Shown: positions 1 to 9,882 of the stretch, one piece after another
How positions within the stretch are numbered: position 1 is the first letter of the stretch
How the letters are laid out: each line of letters begins with the position of its first letter
Made by a program: the position numbers and the translations under genes
Notes under the pieces: generated by a model
Seen by the model: the letters and a program-made list of their open reading frames with translations, nothing else
Told to the model about the DNA's origin: nothing
Databases searched by the model: none
Origin: an uncultured bacterium
GTDB lineage: Bacteria > Desulfobacterota_D > UBA1144 > Nemesobacterales > UBA2774
Assembly: GCA_963705505.1 (NCBI GenBank)
Contig: CAVPJU010000002.1
Span: 62,549 to 126,548, forward strand
Direction: 5' to 3'
Length of the DNA: 64,000 bases

Positions 1-66
1 AGGGAATTAACGGAAAAGCCTGGATTTCTCAAGCACGTTCGAAATGACAACGATTTGACCCGTCGG

Positions 67-132
67 CCCTTCGACACGCTCAGGACGAACGGGGCTTTGA
101 AAGGAATGGATTCCCGATTTCTCGGGAATGAC
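67..132. repeat. Cluster of REP-like intergenic palindromes (CCCTTCGACACGCTCAGGACGAACGG; TGGATTCCCGATTTCTCGGGAATGAC)
   Basis: Short imperfect palindromes. Related motifs recur at 7901-7927, 21121-21172, 30578-30693 and 56026-56195. Confidence 0.65.
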
Positions 133-192
133 AGAATTGAAGCATACTATTGGGTGGCTTGCGCTGACTCGCTATGGCAAACATAATTATTA

Positions 193-642
193 TTGTTGAC
201 GAAAAAACCTAAACCCCGAATCTTCTCGATCGGGCATTCGAATAGAGAGCTTGATGAATTCGCCGCGATTCTCAAACACTACGGCATAGAAGCACTCGCG
301 GACATAAGGAGCTATCCGCGCTCGAAGCGTAACCCGCAATTCGACACGGAGCAGCTCGAAAAGGAGCTTCCCTCACGGGGCATAGAGTATGTGTGGATAA
401 GGGGACTCGGCGGGATGCGCGAGGGCGGCTACGAGGAATACATGAAGACCGCGGAATTCGAGGAGGGGCTGAACACTCTCAAGTCTTTAGCGAGGGAGAA
501 AAAGACGGTATTCATGTGCGCCGAGCTTGACTGGAGGAGCTGCCACAGGAGCTTCGTCTCAGGGGCATTGCACAAGCTCAGGTGGGAGGTCGTACATATT
601 TACGACGGGAACGAATCGGAGTCTCACTCGGGCCTATTTTGA
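193..642 (+). CDS. DUF488 family protein
   Basis: Motifs SIGHSNR, DIRSYPRS, LGG and MCAE..W..CHR typical of DUF488. Confidence 0.85.
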   Translation: MLTKKPKPRIFSIGHSNRELDEFAAILKHYGIEALADIRSYPRSKRNPQFDTEQLEKELPSRGIEYVWIRGLGGMREGGYEEYMKTAEFEEGLNTLKSLAREKKTVFMCAELDWRSCHRSFVSGALHKLRWEVVHIYDGNESESHSGLF

Positions 643-1422
643 TTTCTCCGGCGTTTTCGACGGTCCGGGCGCGGGCTGCACGCCCTTTGCGTCTTTCGGA
701 TTATAGCCGCAGACGAATTCCTCTATGGTGGCGCTCACCGAATTTGCCGGTATTGGGCTTTTGTTGGTGCCGATGTTCTCCATGTACACCATCTTCCCGA
801 GCGAGTCGTAGAACTTCGATGACTTATACGCATAAGTCTTCTCACCGCAGTTGATCGCGGAGGCTATCATGACTTCCCTGTAGACGAGCCCGTCCGTGTC
901 CTTCTGGTCCTCCTTGAAAACGAGCCTGCTCCATGAATAAACCTCGCCCTCTATCGTGTTTATAGTCGAGGTGTCCACGTAAACGGCGAATTTTCTCTCG
1001 GCGTTTACGTCCGTCACCAGGAACCATGCATCGCTGTCGCGGGACGCAGGCGCCACATGTTCCGAGGGGGGAAGCGTAGGCAGCGCGCCGGGCTCCGCGG
1101 GAACGGGCGCGCCGTCAGAATCACGCTCGCTCACGTTCGCTGCGACCGAAGTCCCCGGGGTTACCGCGTCCGTATTAACGACGGGCTCCTCTATTTCCTT
1201 CCCGGCGCAGGAGAGAATAGGAGCCGTCATGCATAAAGCCAGGAATAATGCCGCGGGCTTCGTCCCTTTAATGAGGGAAGCGTACCGGCGATACATGAAT
1301 AGAAGGGATTTTAGCAATCTGCGCGTCTTTTTCATCGGGGCAATCCTCGCCGCGTCGGGCTGCTGCTCAGCGGGGAATAGCGAAGCCGTAATCCGCTCCG
1401 CACAGGCATCATTCCCCGGCAT
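634..1422 (-). CDS. Lipoprotein with C-terminal surface-adhesin E-like domain (true start probably downstream of 1422)
   Basis: Hydrophobic stretch ending ILSC, Pro-rich linker, then W...YVDTSTI...W...INC..K.Y...YDS.G...C pattern. Confidence 0.6.
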   Translation of the reverse strand: MPGNDACAERITASLFPAEQQPDAARIAPMKKTRRLLKSLLFMYRRYASLIKGTKPAALFLALCMTAPILSCAGKEIEEPVVNTDAVTPGTSVAANVSERDSDGAPVPAEPGALPTLPPSEHVAPASRDSDAWFLVTDVNAERKFAVYVDTSTINTIEGEVYSWSRLVFKEDQKDTDGLVYREVMIASAINCGEKTYAYKSSKFYDSLGKMVYMENIGTNKSPIPANSVSATIEEFVCGYNPKDAKGVQPAPGPSKTPEKSK

Positions 1423-1448
1423 ATTTACGCTGTTTTAAATACGGATGG

Positions 1449-2042
1449 TCAATTCCCGGTGTCCTGGGTCTCCGTCACGGGCCGGCTGGTCAGCCCGGAG
1501 GTGGTCTTCCTCGTATCGGGCGACTGCATGGATTGGTATTTACTGTGTTTCCTCATCTGAATGAGGTTTTGCTGATACTTGGACAGCGATGCGCTGAGGG
1601 TTTTATAATTTTCCTTGCCGACGGTATCCCTGAGGGACACAAGACCGTCGATATACTGGTCCGCGACTTTTTTGCTTGCGGCGTTCACGTTTTCAATCTC
1701 CTTCTTCACCTGCGCCGGATCGAAAGAAGGGTCCTCGATCATTTTCAAAATACCCATTTGCGCCTGTCTGATATCGCTCTCTTGCTTGGACATGGGTATT
1801 ACGTATTCCTTGCGAAGTCCCGATACCTTTTGCTTCTGATCATCCGTGATATCCATATTTATAGCCCCGCCGACCATATCGTTCAGCATCTTGCTGTACT
1901 TTCCGGTGGTGAAAGGGCTCGAGGGCACTGAAAGCATCTGGGGCTGGGGCTTGGTCTGATTTTTTATGTCCTGAGCGGCGGCGGCGAAGGAAAACCCCGC
2001 AGCAAGCGCTGAAATAATCAATGTAAAGGCTACTGCTCTCAT
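1449..2042 (-). CDS. Periplasmic Spy/CpxP-like helical protein
   Basis: GGAGG RBS before ATG at 2042, signal peptide, ITDDQ (LTxxQ-like) motif and FDPAQV. Confidence 0.55.
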   Translation of the reverse strand: MRAVAFTLIISALAAGFSFAAAAQDIKNQTKPQPQMLSVPSSPFTTGKYSKMLNDMVGGAINMDITDDQKQKVSGLRKEYVIPMSKQESDIRQAQMGILKMIEDPSFDPAQVKKEIENVNAASKKVADQYIDGLVSLRDTVGKENYKTLSASLSKYQQNLIQMRKHSKYQSMQSPDTRKTTSGLTSRPVTETQDTGN

Positions 2043-2212
2043 TAAACTACCTCCGTTGTGGTGTATGGCGTTATAGTGTAACCAATGATTTAGCAATTTT
2101 CGTCAGAAATTTTAACGCCGGCCGATGCGGCATCACGTTAATTATGAATCATGCGCATATCAGTGAGACCGGCCCGGGAACCCGCAGCCGGCAGTCCGCA
2201 TACCGCTGTGCC

Positions 2213-2773
2213 TTACAAAAACGTCGCGGTGAGTCTCGCGATCCTCTCGAACCTGCCTTCGCCGATAATAAATCTCGACAGATAGTATTCCGTCGGAGAT
2301 ACGGCGTCCCCGCCTCTTTTCTGGAACGCAACGGAGCAGTAAAGCTCCCTGCCGTCCGCACTCGCACCGTGAAGTGTGCTTATCCATGTTTTCTCGAGCT
2401 CGGACTCGACCCCCATACCCTCGCTCATGGTGAGCGCGTCCGCATGCCCTGTCCTGAGGTCGATGCGCTGTATGGAGTGCCATTCGTACCCGTCGAAGCC
2501 GCCGTTCCTCTTCTGCGCCCGCAGCACGTTCGTGAACACATGGGGGGACGAGGGGCAGAGCACCGGGTCTTCATAGCTAAGGGAACCGTCCGAGGGAGTT
2601 ATCTTCAAATACCTGACATCCGAAACGCGGCGCGCCCAGAGGCTCTTCAGCCCGTAGCCGTTCCCGATGCTCCGGAAGAAATGAGCGAGCACTGTTTCCG
2701 AATGGGGGTCGTAGTAAAGCTGGAGGAAATTATTTTCCCCGGAGACACCGAGGTTATCCCAATTTATTATCAT
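2213..2773 (-). CDS. Hypothetical protein, paralog of 18819-19517
   Basis: GAGG RBS and clear full-length similarity to the 18819 ORF. Confidence 0.75.
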   Translation of the reverse strand: MIINWDNLGVSGENNFLQLYYDPHSETVLAHFFRSIGNGYGLKSLWARRVSDVRYLKITPSDGSLSYEDPVLCPSSPHVFTNVLRAQKRNGGFDGYEWHSIQRIDLRTGHADALTMSEGMGVESELEKTWISTLHGASADGRELYCSVAFQKRGGDAVSPTEYYLSRFIIGEGRFERIARLTATFL

Positions 2774-2966
2774 GGATCATCCTCATTACGAATTTTGGAT
2801 TCAGAGATTCTCTGTCCCGGCCACGGATGCATCACGGGAGAATACTTGCATGTGCGCACAAGGGACAGAACATTATTAACAATAATATCGGTTTTGTAAA
2901 GTATTAATTAAGTAGCGCGTAATTCCGCGGTTTTTGTGAGGGGATAGGCATAAGGTGGAAAATATT

Positions 2967-3003
2967 CCCCCACCCAAACCCTCCCCCTGGAAAGGGGGAG
3001 GGA
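2967..3003. repeat. REP-like palindrome (CCCCCACCC..CCCTCCCC..GGGGGAGGG)
   Basis: Hairpin. A related copy lies in the opposite orientation at ~56136-56169. Confidence 0.5.
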
Positions 3004-3118
3004 AACAATTGCACGCGGAGGAGTCACCGCCGACACACGGAGAGTATTGAGGGTACCGAGGAATTCCCCGACCAAATGAGAAGTCCGGTAGAAACCGAAT
3101 ATCAGCACACATTGTGTG

Positions 3119-4165
3119 TCAGGGCGTGAGCACGACCTTTATCGCGTTTTCCGCCTTGCCGTCCATAAGCTCATAGCCCCTGGGCGCGTCGGAAAGCGGG
3201 AGGTCGTGTGTGATTACGGCCGTCGGGTCGATCTTACCCGTCTCGATAAGCGGCATGAGCTTCCGAATGTAATTTTTTGCGGGACAGACCCCGCCTCTGA
3301 ACGTAAGGTCTTTCAAATAAAAATTCAGCATCGGTATGGGCAGCTCCTGAAACATAAATCCGATGAACGAGATCGTTCCTCCCGGTCTCGCAATTTTAAT
3401 CGCGTCGAGCACGGCATTGGTCGAACCGATGCACTCGAGAGCTACATCGACTCCTTCCCCGTGCGTGATCTCCAATATTTTTTCGACGGCGTTTTCTTTC
3501 TTGGAGTTCACAGCAACGTCGCAGCCCATCTTTTTTGCCTGATCGAGCCTGAAGTCGTGGTGCCCGACGGTAATTATACGGGAAGGCCCGAAGAGCCTGG
3601 CCGATGCTGTCGCGAGGAGCCCGAGCGGGCCGTCTCCGAACACGACGACCGTGTTACCGGGCTTTATGTTCCCCCATTCCGCGCAGAAATAAGCCGTAGA
3701 AAGTATGTCTCCCAGAAACAGGATCCTGTCGTCCGCAATGTCAGGCGAAACTTTTTCAAGAGTCGTGTCCGCAAACGGCACTCTCACATACTCAGCCTGG
3801 CCTCCCGAGAAACCGCCCAGCTGCTCGCCGAAGCCGAAGCACCCGCCCCCTCCGGTGCACGAGGTCGGGTAACCGTTCCTGCAGTTCACGCAGACGCCGC
3901 AGCTCACCCAGAAAGGGGCGACAACTTTATCCCCTTTTTTGAAATACTTCACCCCTTTCCCCGCGTCCTCCACGACTCCCATGAATTCGTGCCCGACTAT
4001 GAAGCCGTCGTCGAGGGGTATGCTGCCCCTGTAGAAATGGAGATCGGAGCCGCATATCGCGCTTTTTGTTATTCTCAGGATCACATCGTTCGGGTCCTTC
4101 ATTTTCGGATCGGGAACCGTCTCGACCCTTACATCTCTCGCACCGTGATAGACTGTGGCTTTCAT
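3119..4165 (-). CDS. Zn-dependent alcohol dehydrogenase (MDR superfamily, formaldehyde dehydrogenase-like)
   Basis: ICGSDLH, GHEFMG, structural-Zn CGVCVNC...C, GDGPLG Rossmann motif. Confidence 0.92.
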   Translation of the reverse strand: MKATVYHGARDVRVETVPDPKMKDPNDVILRITKSAICGSDLHFYRGSIPLDDGFIVGHEFMGVVEDAGKGVKYFKKGDKVVAPFWVSCGVCVNCRNGYPTSCTGGGGCFGFGEQLGGFSGGQAEYVRVPFADTTLEKVSPDIADDRILFLGDILSTAYFCAEWGNIKPGNTVVVFGDGPLGLLATASARLFGPSRIITVGHHDFRLDQAKKMGCDVAVNSKKENAVEKILEITHGEGVDVALECIGSTNAVLDAIKIARPGGTISFIGFMFQELPIPMLNFYLKDLTFRGGVCPAKNYIRKLMPLIETGKIDPTAVITHDLPLSDAPRGYELMDGKAENAIKVVLTP

Positions 4166-4224
4166 TAGATACCCTCCCTTTTGTTCATCATGTTAACCAA
4201 TACGATTGTATATACAAAGTATTT

Positions 4225-4760
4225 TTACCGATCCATACGGAGGACGACCCTGAATTTGGGCTTGCCGTTCATCATCTTTTCGAACGCCTCGTTTACCTTC
4301 TCGAGAGGATAAACCTCGACCACCGCCCTCACGCCGGCGAGCCTGCTGAACGCCAGAGTCTCCTCGAGTCTTTGGCGTGCCCCGAGTACCATCCGAGGAT
4401 CGACTTCTTGCCCATCAACAGCATCGCGAGGTGTCCGAGCCCTCCCACACCGAGCACGGCGACGAGCTCGCCCGCCCTCGCACCCGAGTGCCAGCCAACT
4501 CCAACCCTCTGTCCCTCCTTCCAGCCGTCCACTCCCCGGCCCACTTTATCAATATGCCCTATAACCTCATGGCCCGGAACCCTGGGATAATCGATGCCAT
4601 ACGGCCATTCCCCGGTTTGTACCACATCATCGCTATGGCATATGCCGCAGGCCTCGACCTTTATTCTAACCTGACCTTCTCCCGGCTCCGGTATCTCCCT
4701 CTCGACTATTTCAAAATCCTTACCCGGCTCGGTTATTTGCGCAGCTCTCATTGTAGCCAT
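4225..4760 (-). pseudogene. Zn-dependent alcohol dehydrogenase pseudogene with two large internal deletions and a frameshift
   Basis: ICHSD/GHEV N-terminus jumps from VGVGWH to SGARAGELVAVLGVGGLGHLA, then to KKSILGWYSG. The C-terminus EETLAFS...KFRVVLRMDR* is in another frame and ends at 4225. Confidence 0.8.
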
Positions 4761-4821
4761 GGGATTCACTCCTTCTATCGGGATATTTTTCTAAGGGTAA
4801 TGGAGGTAACTTTCATGTCAA

Positions 4822-5175
4822 CTACAAATACCCCTCCATCCAGCGCTTGAGCACCGAGAGGACGTATTCTTTTTCCTCATCCGTAAGAGCATGTCCCGCG
4901 GCGGGTATCCCGTGCCACTTCATGAGGCATTTTCTGCAGCAGGAAGCCGTCGCGTGCTGGGCGATGAATACGGGGTGGTTCCGCATCGGGGTCTGCTTCC
5001 CGTCATTGGGCGGGTCTGCGGGGGCGAGCCTCTCGTCTATGAACGCCCTCGCGTGCGTCATGACCGTGTCGATACCCTTTTCCCTGAGGTAGAGAAGCTC
5101 CTTACCGCGGAGCGCAAACCGCGAGCGGAAGGGAGACTTCTTCAGCTTCGCCAATAATTTATCTGGATCGCGCAT
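4822..5175 (-). CDS. DUF4186 family protein
   Basis: SPFRSRF...NDGKQTPMRNHPVFIAQHATASCCRKCL.KWH signature. Confidence 0.88.
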   Translation of the reverse strand: MRDPDKLLAKLKKSPFRSRFALRGKELLYLREKGIDTVMTHARAFIDERLAPADPPNDGKQTPMRNHPVFIAQHATASCCRKCLMKWHGIPAAGHALTDEEKEYVLSVLKRWMEGYL

Positions 5176-5227
5176 GATCTATTTTCAGGAGAGATTGCCG
5201 CTCCTGCAAACGGGAGGAAAGATTATA

Positions 5228-5339
5228 AAATCCACCCTGACCAATTTTGTAAGCAACACTCACCGAACCCTCTCCTCGTTGTCGAGAGCTACGGCATCAT
5301 GCTCGCCTGTCCGCTTCGCTCCCTACAAAGGAGGGAATT
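5228..5339. repeat. Composite intergenic repeat (AAATCCACCCTGACC ... ACAAAGGAGGGAATT)
   Basis: The same 15-nt start and a similar end occur at 31145-31271. A compact form is at ~35030-35063. Confidence 0.5.
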
Positions 5340-5387
5340 AAAAGAAAAGGACAGGCACCGAAACGTGGTAACGTCCCAATATTCTTA

Positions 5388-5777
5388 CTAATCCATTTTC
5401 TCTACCCATTTGGTGCGCCAGTCCGGAGCCTCGAACGGCTCGCTCCAGTACGCGGTTTCCTTGGCGATCTTACCGTCACGGAACTCGAAAATGAAGACAG
5501 CCTTATAAACCGCGCCGCCGCCGTAGTCAAGGGACGCTTCCGCGACCACGAGATCGCCCTGGCTGATCATACGGCGGGGGGTAATGGTCGGCAGCGCCGG
5601 AAACGCGCCGTATATAGCCCGCCTGTTGTCAGCGCCTACGATCCGCTCGCTCGACTGCGGCCAGTCCATCACGGCGTCGTCGTGGAATAACTCGTCCATG
5701 ACCTGCACTTTCTTGCCGTTGATACACTCTATCAAACGCTCGATGACCTTCTCGTTCTTCTTATTTTCCCCTGCCAT
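5388..5777 (-). CDS. SnoaL-like / NTF2-family protein
   Basis: GGAGG RBS; DAVMDWPQSSERIVG and FEFRDGKIAKETAYW. Confidence 0.85.
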   Translation of the reverse strand: MAGENKKNEKVIERLIECINGKKVQVMDELFHDDAVMDWPQSSERIVGADNRRAIYGAFPALPTITPRRMISQGDLVVAEASLDYGGGAVYKAVFIFEFRDGKIAKETAYWSEPFEAPDWRTKWVEKMD

Positions 5778-5946
5778 AGCACACGCCTCCTGGTACTGTT
5801 CCCTCGGGGACCAGATATAAAGACTATAGTAGATTTGGAAAGAAAAAGTCAACGGGGATAAGGTTTGCGCATCTATCGTTAGACCCAATGCTGTTTTATA
5901 ATAACCTTGCGGGAGACGATAGTTGCGAATGTCCCCCTGACAGCAG

Positions 5947-6747
5947 ATGAACGACGACGGAATATTAACGAGACGCGCTTTTCTACTCTACCTCATACCG
6001 GTCCTCATCGGGGCGCTCGTGGGGGTATTCTTCCTCATCCCCGTAAACGCGCTCGTGTTCTTCTACGAGCACGGGCCGGGGGAGACATCGGCGCTTAAAT
6101 ACGCGACTGACGAGCTCATGCGGGCGCTTACGGGCGGCTTGCCCCTGAAGACCCTCTTTTACGCGTGCGTGGGCGCGTTCCTGGGATTGGTATCCGCCGT
6201 CTTCTACAGCTCCTTCTACAGGAGCGCGCTACAGATAAGGAAGCTCTCGGGAGAGCTCGAGAAGGACGTCCTCGCTCTCATCGCGCACGGCGAGGGGGAG
6301 TCGATAGAGTTCAAGGCCACGTTCAAATGGGACGTGAAGGAATCGAGGGCGAACCGCGCCGTGGAGGACGCCGCGCTCAAGTCTCTCGCCGGGTTCATGA
6401 ACGCCGACGGGGGGACGCTGATAATAGGCGTGTCGGACACGGGGGAGGTAACGGGGCTCGGGCACGACTATGCAATACTCAGAAGGAAGGACAGGGACGG
6501 CTTCGCGCAGGAGGTCATGAATGCCGTATCGCAGAAGCTCGGCACCGACGCGTGCCGGTACGTGCATCTGGTGTTTCACTCGGTCGCGGGCAAGGACGTG
6601 TGCAGGATCATAACGAGCCCTTCGAGCAGGCCCGTTTACCTGAAAGAGGGAAACGACATGAAGTTTTACCTCCGCACGGGGATGAGCACCCGCGGGCTCA
6701 ACATACCCGAGGCAGTCGAGTTCATCTCTGCGAGGTGGGGGAAATAA
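5947..6747 (+). CDS. Two-TM membrane protein fused to a Schlafen/AlbA_2 domain
   Basis: Two hydrophobic helices, then GEGESIEFKATF, AGFMNADGGTLIIGVSD and FYLRTG. Confidence 0.85.
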   Translation: MNDDGILTRRAFLLYLIPVLIGALVGVFFLIPVNALVFFYEHGPGETSALKYATDELMRALTGGLPLKTLFYACVGAFLGLVSAVFYSSFYRSALQIRKLSGELEKDVLALIAHGEGESIEFKATFKWDVKESRANRAVEDAALKSLAGFMNADGGTLIIGVSDTGEVTGLGHDYAILRRKDRDGFAQEVMNAVSQKLGTDACRYVHLVFHSVAGKDVCRIITSPSSRPVYLKEGNDMKFYLRTGMSTRGLNIPEAVEFISARWGK

Positions 6748-6814
6748 ACGCCTCCCCGCATCCTGTGGGGGGACGTAAGCCATATCTAGCCCTTTCGAAT
6801 TATTACAAAGATAA

Positions 6815-7252
6815 TTACGCCGTGCTCAGCATATCGCAGTACTTGTCGAATGCCGAGAGCGTGCTTTCGAGCGTCTTTCTGTGATATCTCTGCAGATTCC
6901 TCATGTGCCTTTCGGTCTTCTTCTTTTTCATCTCGATGAATTCCCTGCTGAACTCGCCGATGTTCTGCATATGCTCAGAGATTGGGCTCAGGTGATGCTC
7001 GAAGGGTTTTATCATCGGATGAACCTCGAGCACGTTTTTCATGAAATCGAGACACCCGAGCTGAATCGCGAGCCATAGCTCGAACTGCATGTCCATGGCC
7101 TTCAAAGCTTCTTTCAAAAAGTTCTTGTTAATCTCCATCAATCCGAGATATTGTTCTTTTGCCGTCTCCGCCTGCTCCCTGACCTTCTCGCCGACGTCGA
7201 CAACCTTGAGGCCGCTTTCTGTTCTTTTTCTCATGATGGCCCTCCTTAACAC
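6815..7252 (-). CDS. Hypothetical helical protein (weakly phasin-like)
   Basis: AAGGAGGG RBS before ATG at ~7238; amphipathic helical composition. Confidence 0.55.
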   Translation of the reverse strand: MLRRAIMRKRTESGLKVVDVGEKVREQAETAKEQYLGLMEINKNFLKEALKAMDMQFELWLAIQLGCLDFMKNVLEVHPMIKPFEHHLSPISEHMQNIGEFSREFIEMKKKKTERHMRNLQRYHRKTLESTLSAFDKYCDMLSTA

Positions 7253-7272
7253 CTTTTTCTTAATATTATATA

Positions 7273-7288
7273 TGCACGGAGCGTGCCG
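7273..7288 (-). promoter_or_regulatory. Possible sigma54 promoter (CGGCAC-N5-GTGCA)
   Basis: GG and GC at the -24/-12 spacing upstream of the 6815 gene; deviates from consensus at TTGC. Confidence 0.45.
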
Positions 7289-7440
7289 TAAACAGTGCGC
7301 TTATAAATTAAGTATTTTACGGGTCATTCCGTGTCCGCGTACCGCATCATGATTTTAAAACCGTGTAGGGTGTCAGATTATCTTACGAATATGGCGGAGG
7401 TAAATTCCGCTCTAACGAGACGACAAATGCCTGAACAATC

Positions 7441-7812
7441 CTACTCTTCCGGTTCCGTAAGACCGAGCGCGTCGAGGAGCCTCTTGCGTAGCTCGCATGC
7501 CTCGGGTGCGCGGCTCTGCGGGTACTTCTCACTGGGATATTTTTCTATCGCTTCTTCGAGCGACCTGAGTTTGTGATCGGACGCGTTCGATATCACGCTC
7601 ATAAAGCTCGGGTGTATGTCCGCCTCGAGCTCCAGGTAATCGATGTAATGGTGTACGGGAGGGGTGCACATGACTGTCAGGGGACTGCAGAGGACGCCCT
7701 TCCCCCTTATGTCCGTGTGCTCGGCGAACGGGGACGGCTGGTGGAGGAACCATTCGACCTTGTCCTTGTGCTTCATGAACTCTTCCATGAACTCGTCAAC
7801 GGTGTTTATCAT
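7441..7812 (-). CDS. Hypothetical protein
   Basis: 123-aa ORF with host-like codon usage. Confidence 0.55.
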   Translation of the reverse strand: MINTVDEFMEEFMKHKDKVEWFLHQPSPFAEHTDIRGKGVLCSPLTVMCTPPVHHYIDYLELEADIHPSFMSVISNASDHKLRSLEEAIEKYPSEKYPQSRAPEACELRKRLLDALGLTEPEE

Positions 7813-8129
7813 GCGCGTGGGTATGTGCTGCCGATACTTATTATGCTCGCCGGGTGTTTAAATGCAAATGAGGGAGGAGCATGAATGGATTTTACCAGAT
7901 GAGATTCTGAAACAAGTTCAGAATGACGGACTTTTTAAAGGATAGAAATGGTAAAAAAAGGGGGAAGAAAATTCAAAAAAGGGAAAAACCAGCTCTGACG
8001 GGGAGTTATGAACCAATCGAGGAGGACTGCAAAACAATTAAAGCACTCGATTAAAATACTTAAAATAAAGTCTTAACATTTATATGAAACCGGGTTATAA
8101 TTAGAGCTAATTTTGAAGGAGGATGTACC

Positions 8130-8696
8130 ATGACGCGCCTTATCCTTTCGGTTACTGCTATTCTCCTGATATCAGCGGGATACGCGAACGGGGCCCCGAC
8201 CCCGATGCCGGAGGGATACGGCGTTGTCGTGGATGTGCACTGGCCCTCTCAGCCCGGCCAGAAGAGGTTTAACACCGGGAACGGCGATATAGTGACCGGC
8301 AGGTACGGCTGGTACAGCCCGCCCGGAAACGCCGGACCGTTCGCCGACCAGAACTACAACGTCCTTATCATCACCAAGCCTATAAGCAAGGTACGCACGT
8401 ACATAGTATTCGAGGCGTCAAACGTTGACCCCGAGGTGCTGAAGAAGAAATTGGGCAGGCTCGAGGGCGAGATACGCGACGTCGGGACCAACGAGGGCGC
8501 GCTCAAGCCGGGGGACATGGTGCACATAACCACCCAGGACGTCAGCGGACTGATCAAGGTCACGCTCGCATTCACGCGCGGTGACGAGAATAAGCCCGTG
8601 GCCGAGTTCTCGTTCATAAACCACCTCGTGCATCCGCTGGACGACCCGGATAACCCCGCCTACCCATATTTACCCTACATTTCCGAGATCGAGTGA
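8130..8696 (+). CDS. Hypothetical secreted protein
   Basis: AGGAGG RBS and Sec signal peptide. Confidence 0.7.
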   Translation: MTRLILSVTAILLISAGYANGAPTPMPEGYGVVVDVHWPSQPGQKRFNTGNGDIVTGRYGWYSPPGNAGPFADQNYNVLIITKPISKVRTYIVFEASNVDPEVLKKKLGRLEGEIRDVGTNEGALKPGDMVHITTQDVSGLIKVTLAFTRGDENKPVAEFSFINHLVHPLDDPDNPAYPYLPYISEIE

Positions 8697-8820
8697 CGGG
8701 CTCACCGCAGTCCCGGTCACCGCTCTGCGCCCATCCGGAACTATTGTAATTCTTTGTCAAAAAATATAAAATGTGAGTACTAAAGCGTGCCGTTTCCTAC
8801 GGCCATCGATGGAGGATAGT

Positions 8821-9583
8821 ATGAAAAAGCTTCTGAGTATCATTGCTCTGCTTGCAGTGTTTTATATCAGTCCCGCATTAACATCGGCGGTTGAAATCAC
8901 AATATCCCCGAACGAGCCTAGCGTGGGAAACTGCTTCCCGTTCGGCGAGGGGGCTATTAACGAACCTAGCTGGCCGCCGTTCGCCGGATTTATTTACAAG
9001 AATATTCCACCCTTTTCACTCAAGGCCCGGGGACATACTCGCGTTTGACCTGGGAGAGGTCGCAAGCGCGGACGTCCAGCTCGATATAGAGCTTGCGGCG
9101 ACTACGGTTAACGGGGGAGAAATCCCGGTATTGCCTTACACCAAAGTCGTCAGAAACACCCAGACTCCTCTCAACCCCAGGGGAGACGATATCATAGGGG
9201 ATTTCGAGATGCAGTTTACGGTAGTGGAACCCTTCGACTTTCCGGGAGGGGGTCTGATAATCCGTTTCTCGAACCCGTCGGCGGATTATCAGCTTAACAA
9301 CAGCTGCGACCAGGTGCTCGTAAGAGCGACTTCAGGCGATTCGAGCGGTTTTTTCGTAAGAAGGTTTTTCAGGGTCGGAGACGGCCTTCCTCCTTATGAT
9401 GTCCTCGGAGACGATACGGAGCCATCGGATTTCATTGAGTCGATCGGCGGATTCAGGGTCATAACCGGCGTGAGGAACGTACCGACCCTCTCCGAATGGG
9501 GGATGATCGCGGCTGCCGCGGGACTTGGCCTCACGGGTATCCTGTTCGCGTCGAGGCGCCGGAGAGAAGCCGGACGAGTATAA
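8821..9583 (+). CDS. IPTL-CTERM sorting-domain surface protein (frameshift near 9025)
   Basis: Signal peptide MKKLLSII..; C-terminal VPTLSEWGMIAAAAGLGLTGILFASRRRR; two overlapping ORFs join. Confidence 0.8.
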
Positions 9584-9613
9584 ATTTCGGGGCACAAAAA
9601 ATAGAATTCAATT

Positions 9614-9649
9614 AGCCCGTACCCTCCGTCCGGAGGGTACGGGCTTTTT
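9614..9649 (+). terminator. Intrinsic terminator
   Basis: AGCCCGTACCCTCCG-TC-CGGAGGGTACGGGCT followed by TTTT. Confidence 0.8.
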
Positions 9650-9882
9650 AAGAGGAGTGTTCCATCCCCGGTTGCCTCGTGCAGCTCCCCGGAATGAAGC
9701 TGATACATTCACTCAAAATAAAAATGCACCGCGGGACCCTGTTACAGATTCCTAGGACGTGGAATCCCGCGATGCGCTACACACACGATGTGTGTTCATA
9801 TCCGGTTTCTTCCGGTTTCCTCAATATCGGACAAATCCTCAGAACTCACTTAGCTCCCGTTTGCCTGCGGATGCTATCCGTC

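Noticed and set aside
3116..4168. Long antisense or alternative-frame ORFs (e.g. 3116-4168+, 12323-13249-, 41416-42303+, 46109-46921+)
   Set aside because: They shadow well-supported genes in GC-rich DNA and have no motifs of their own.
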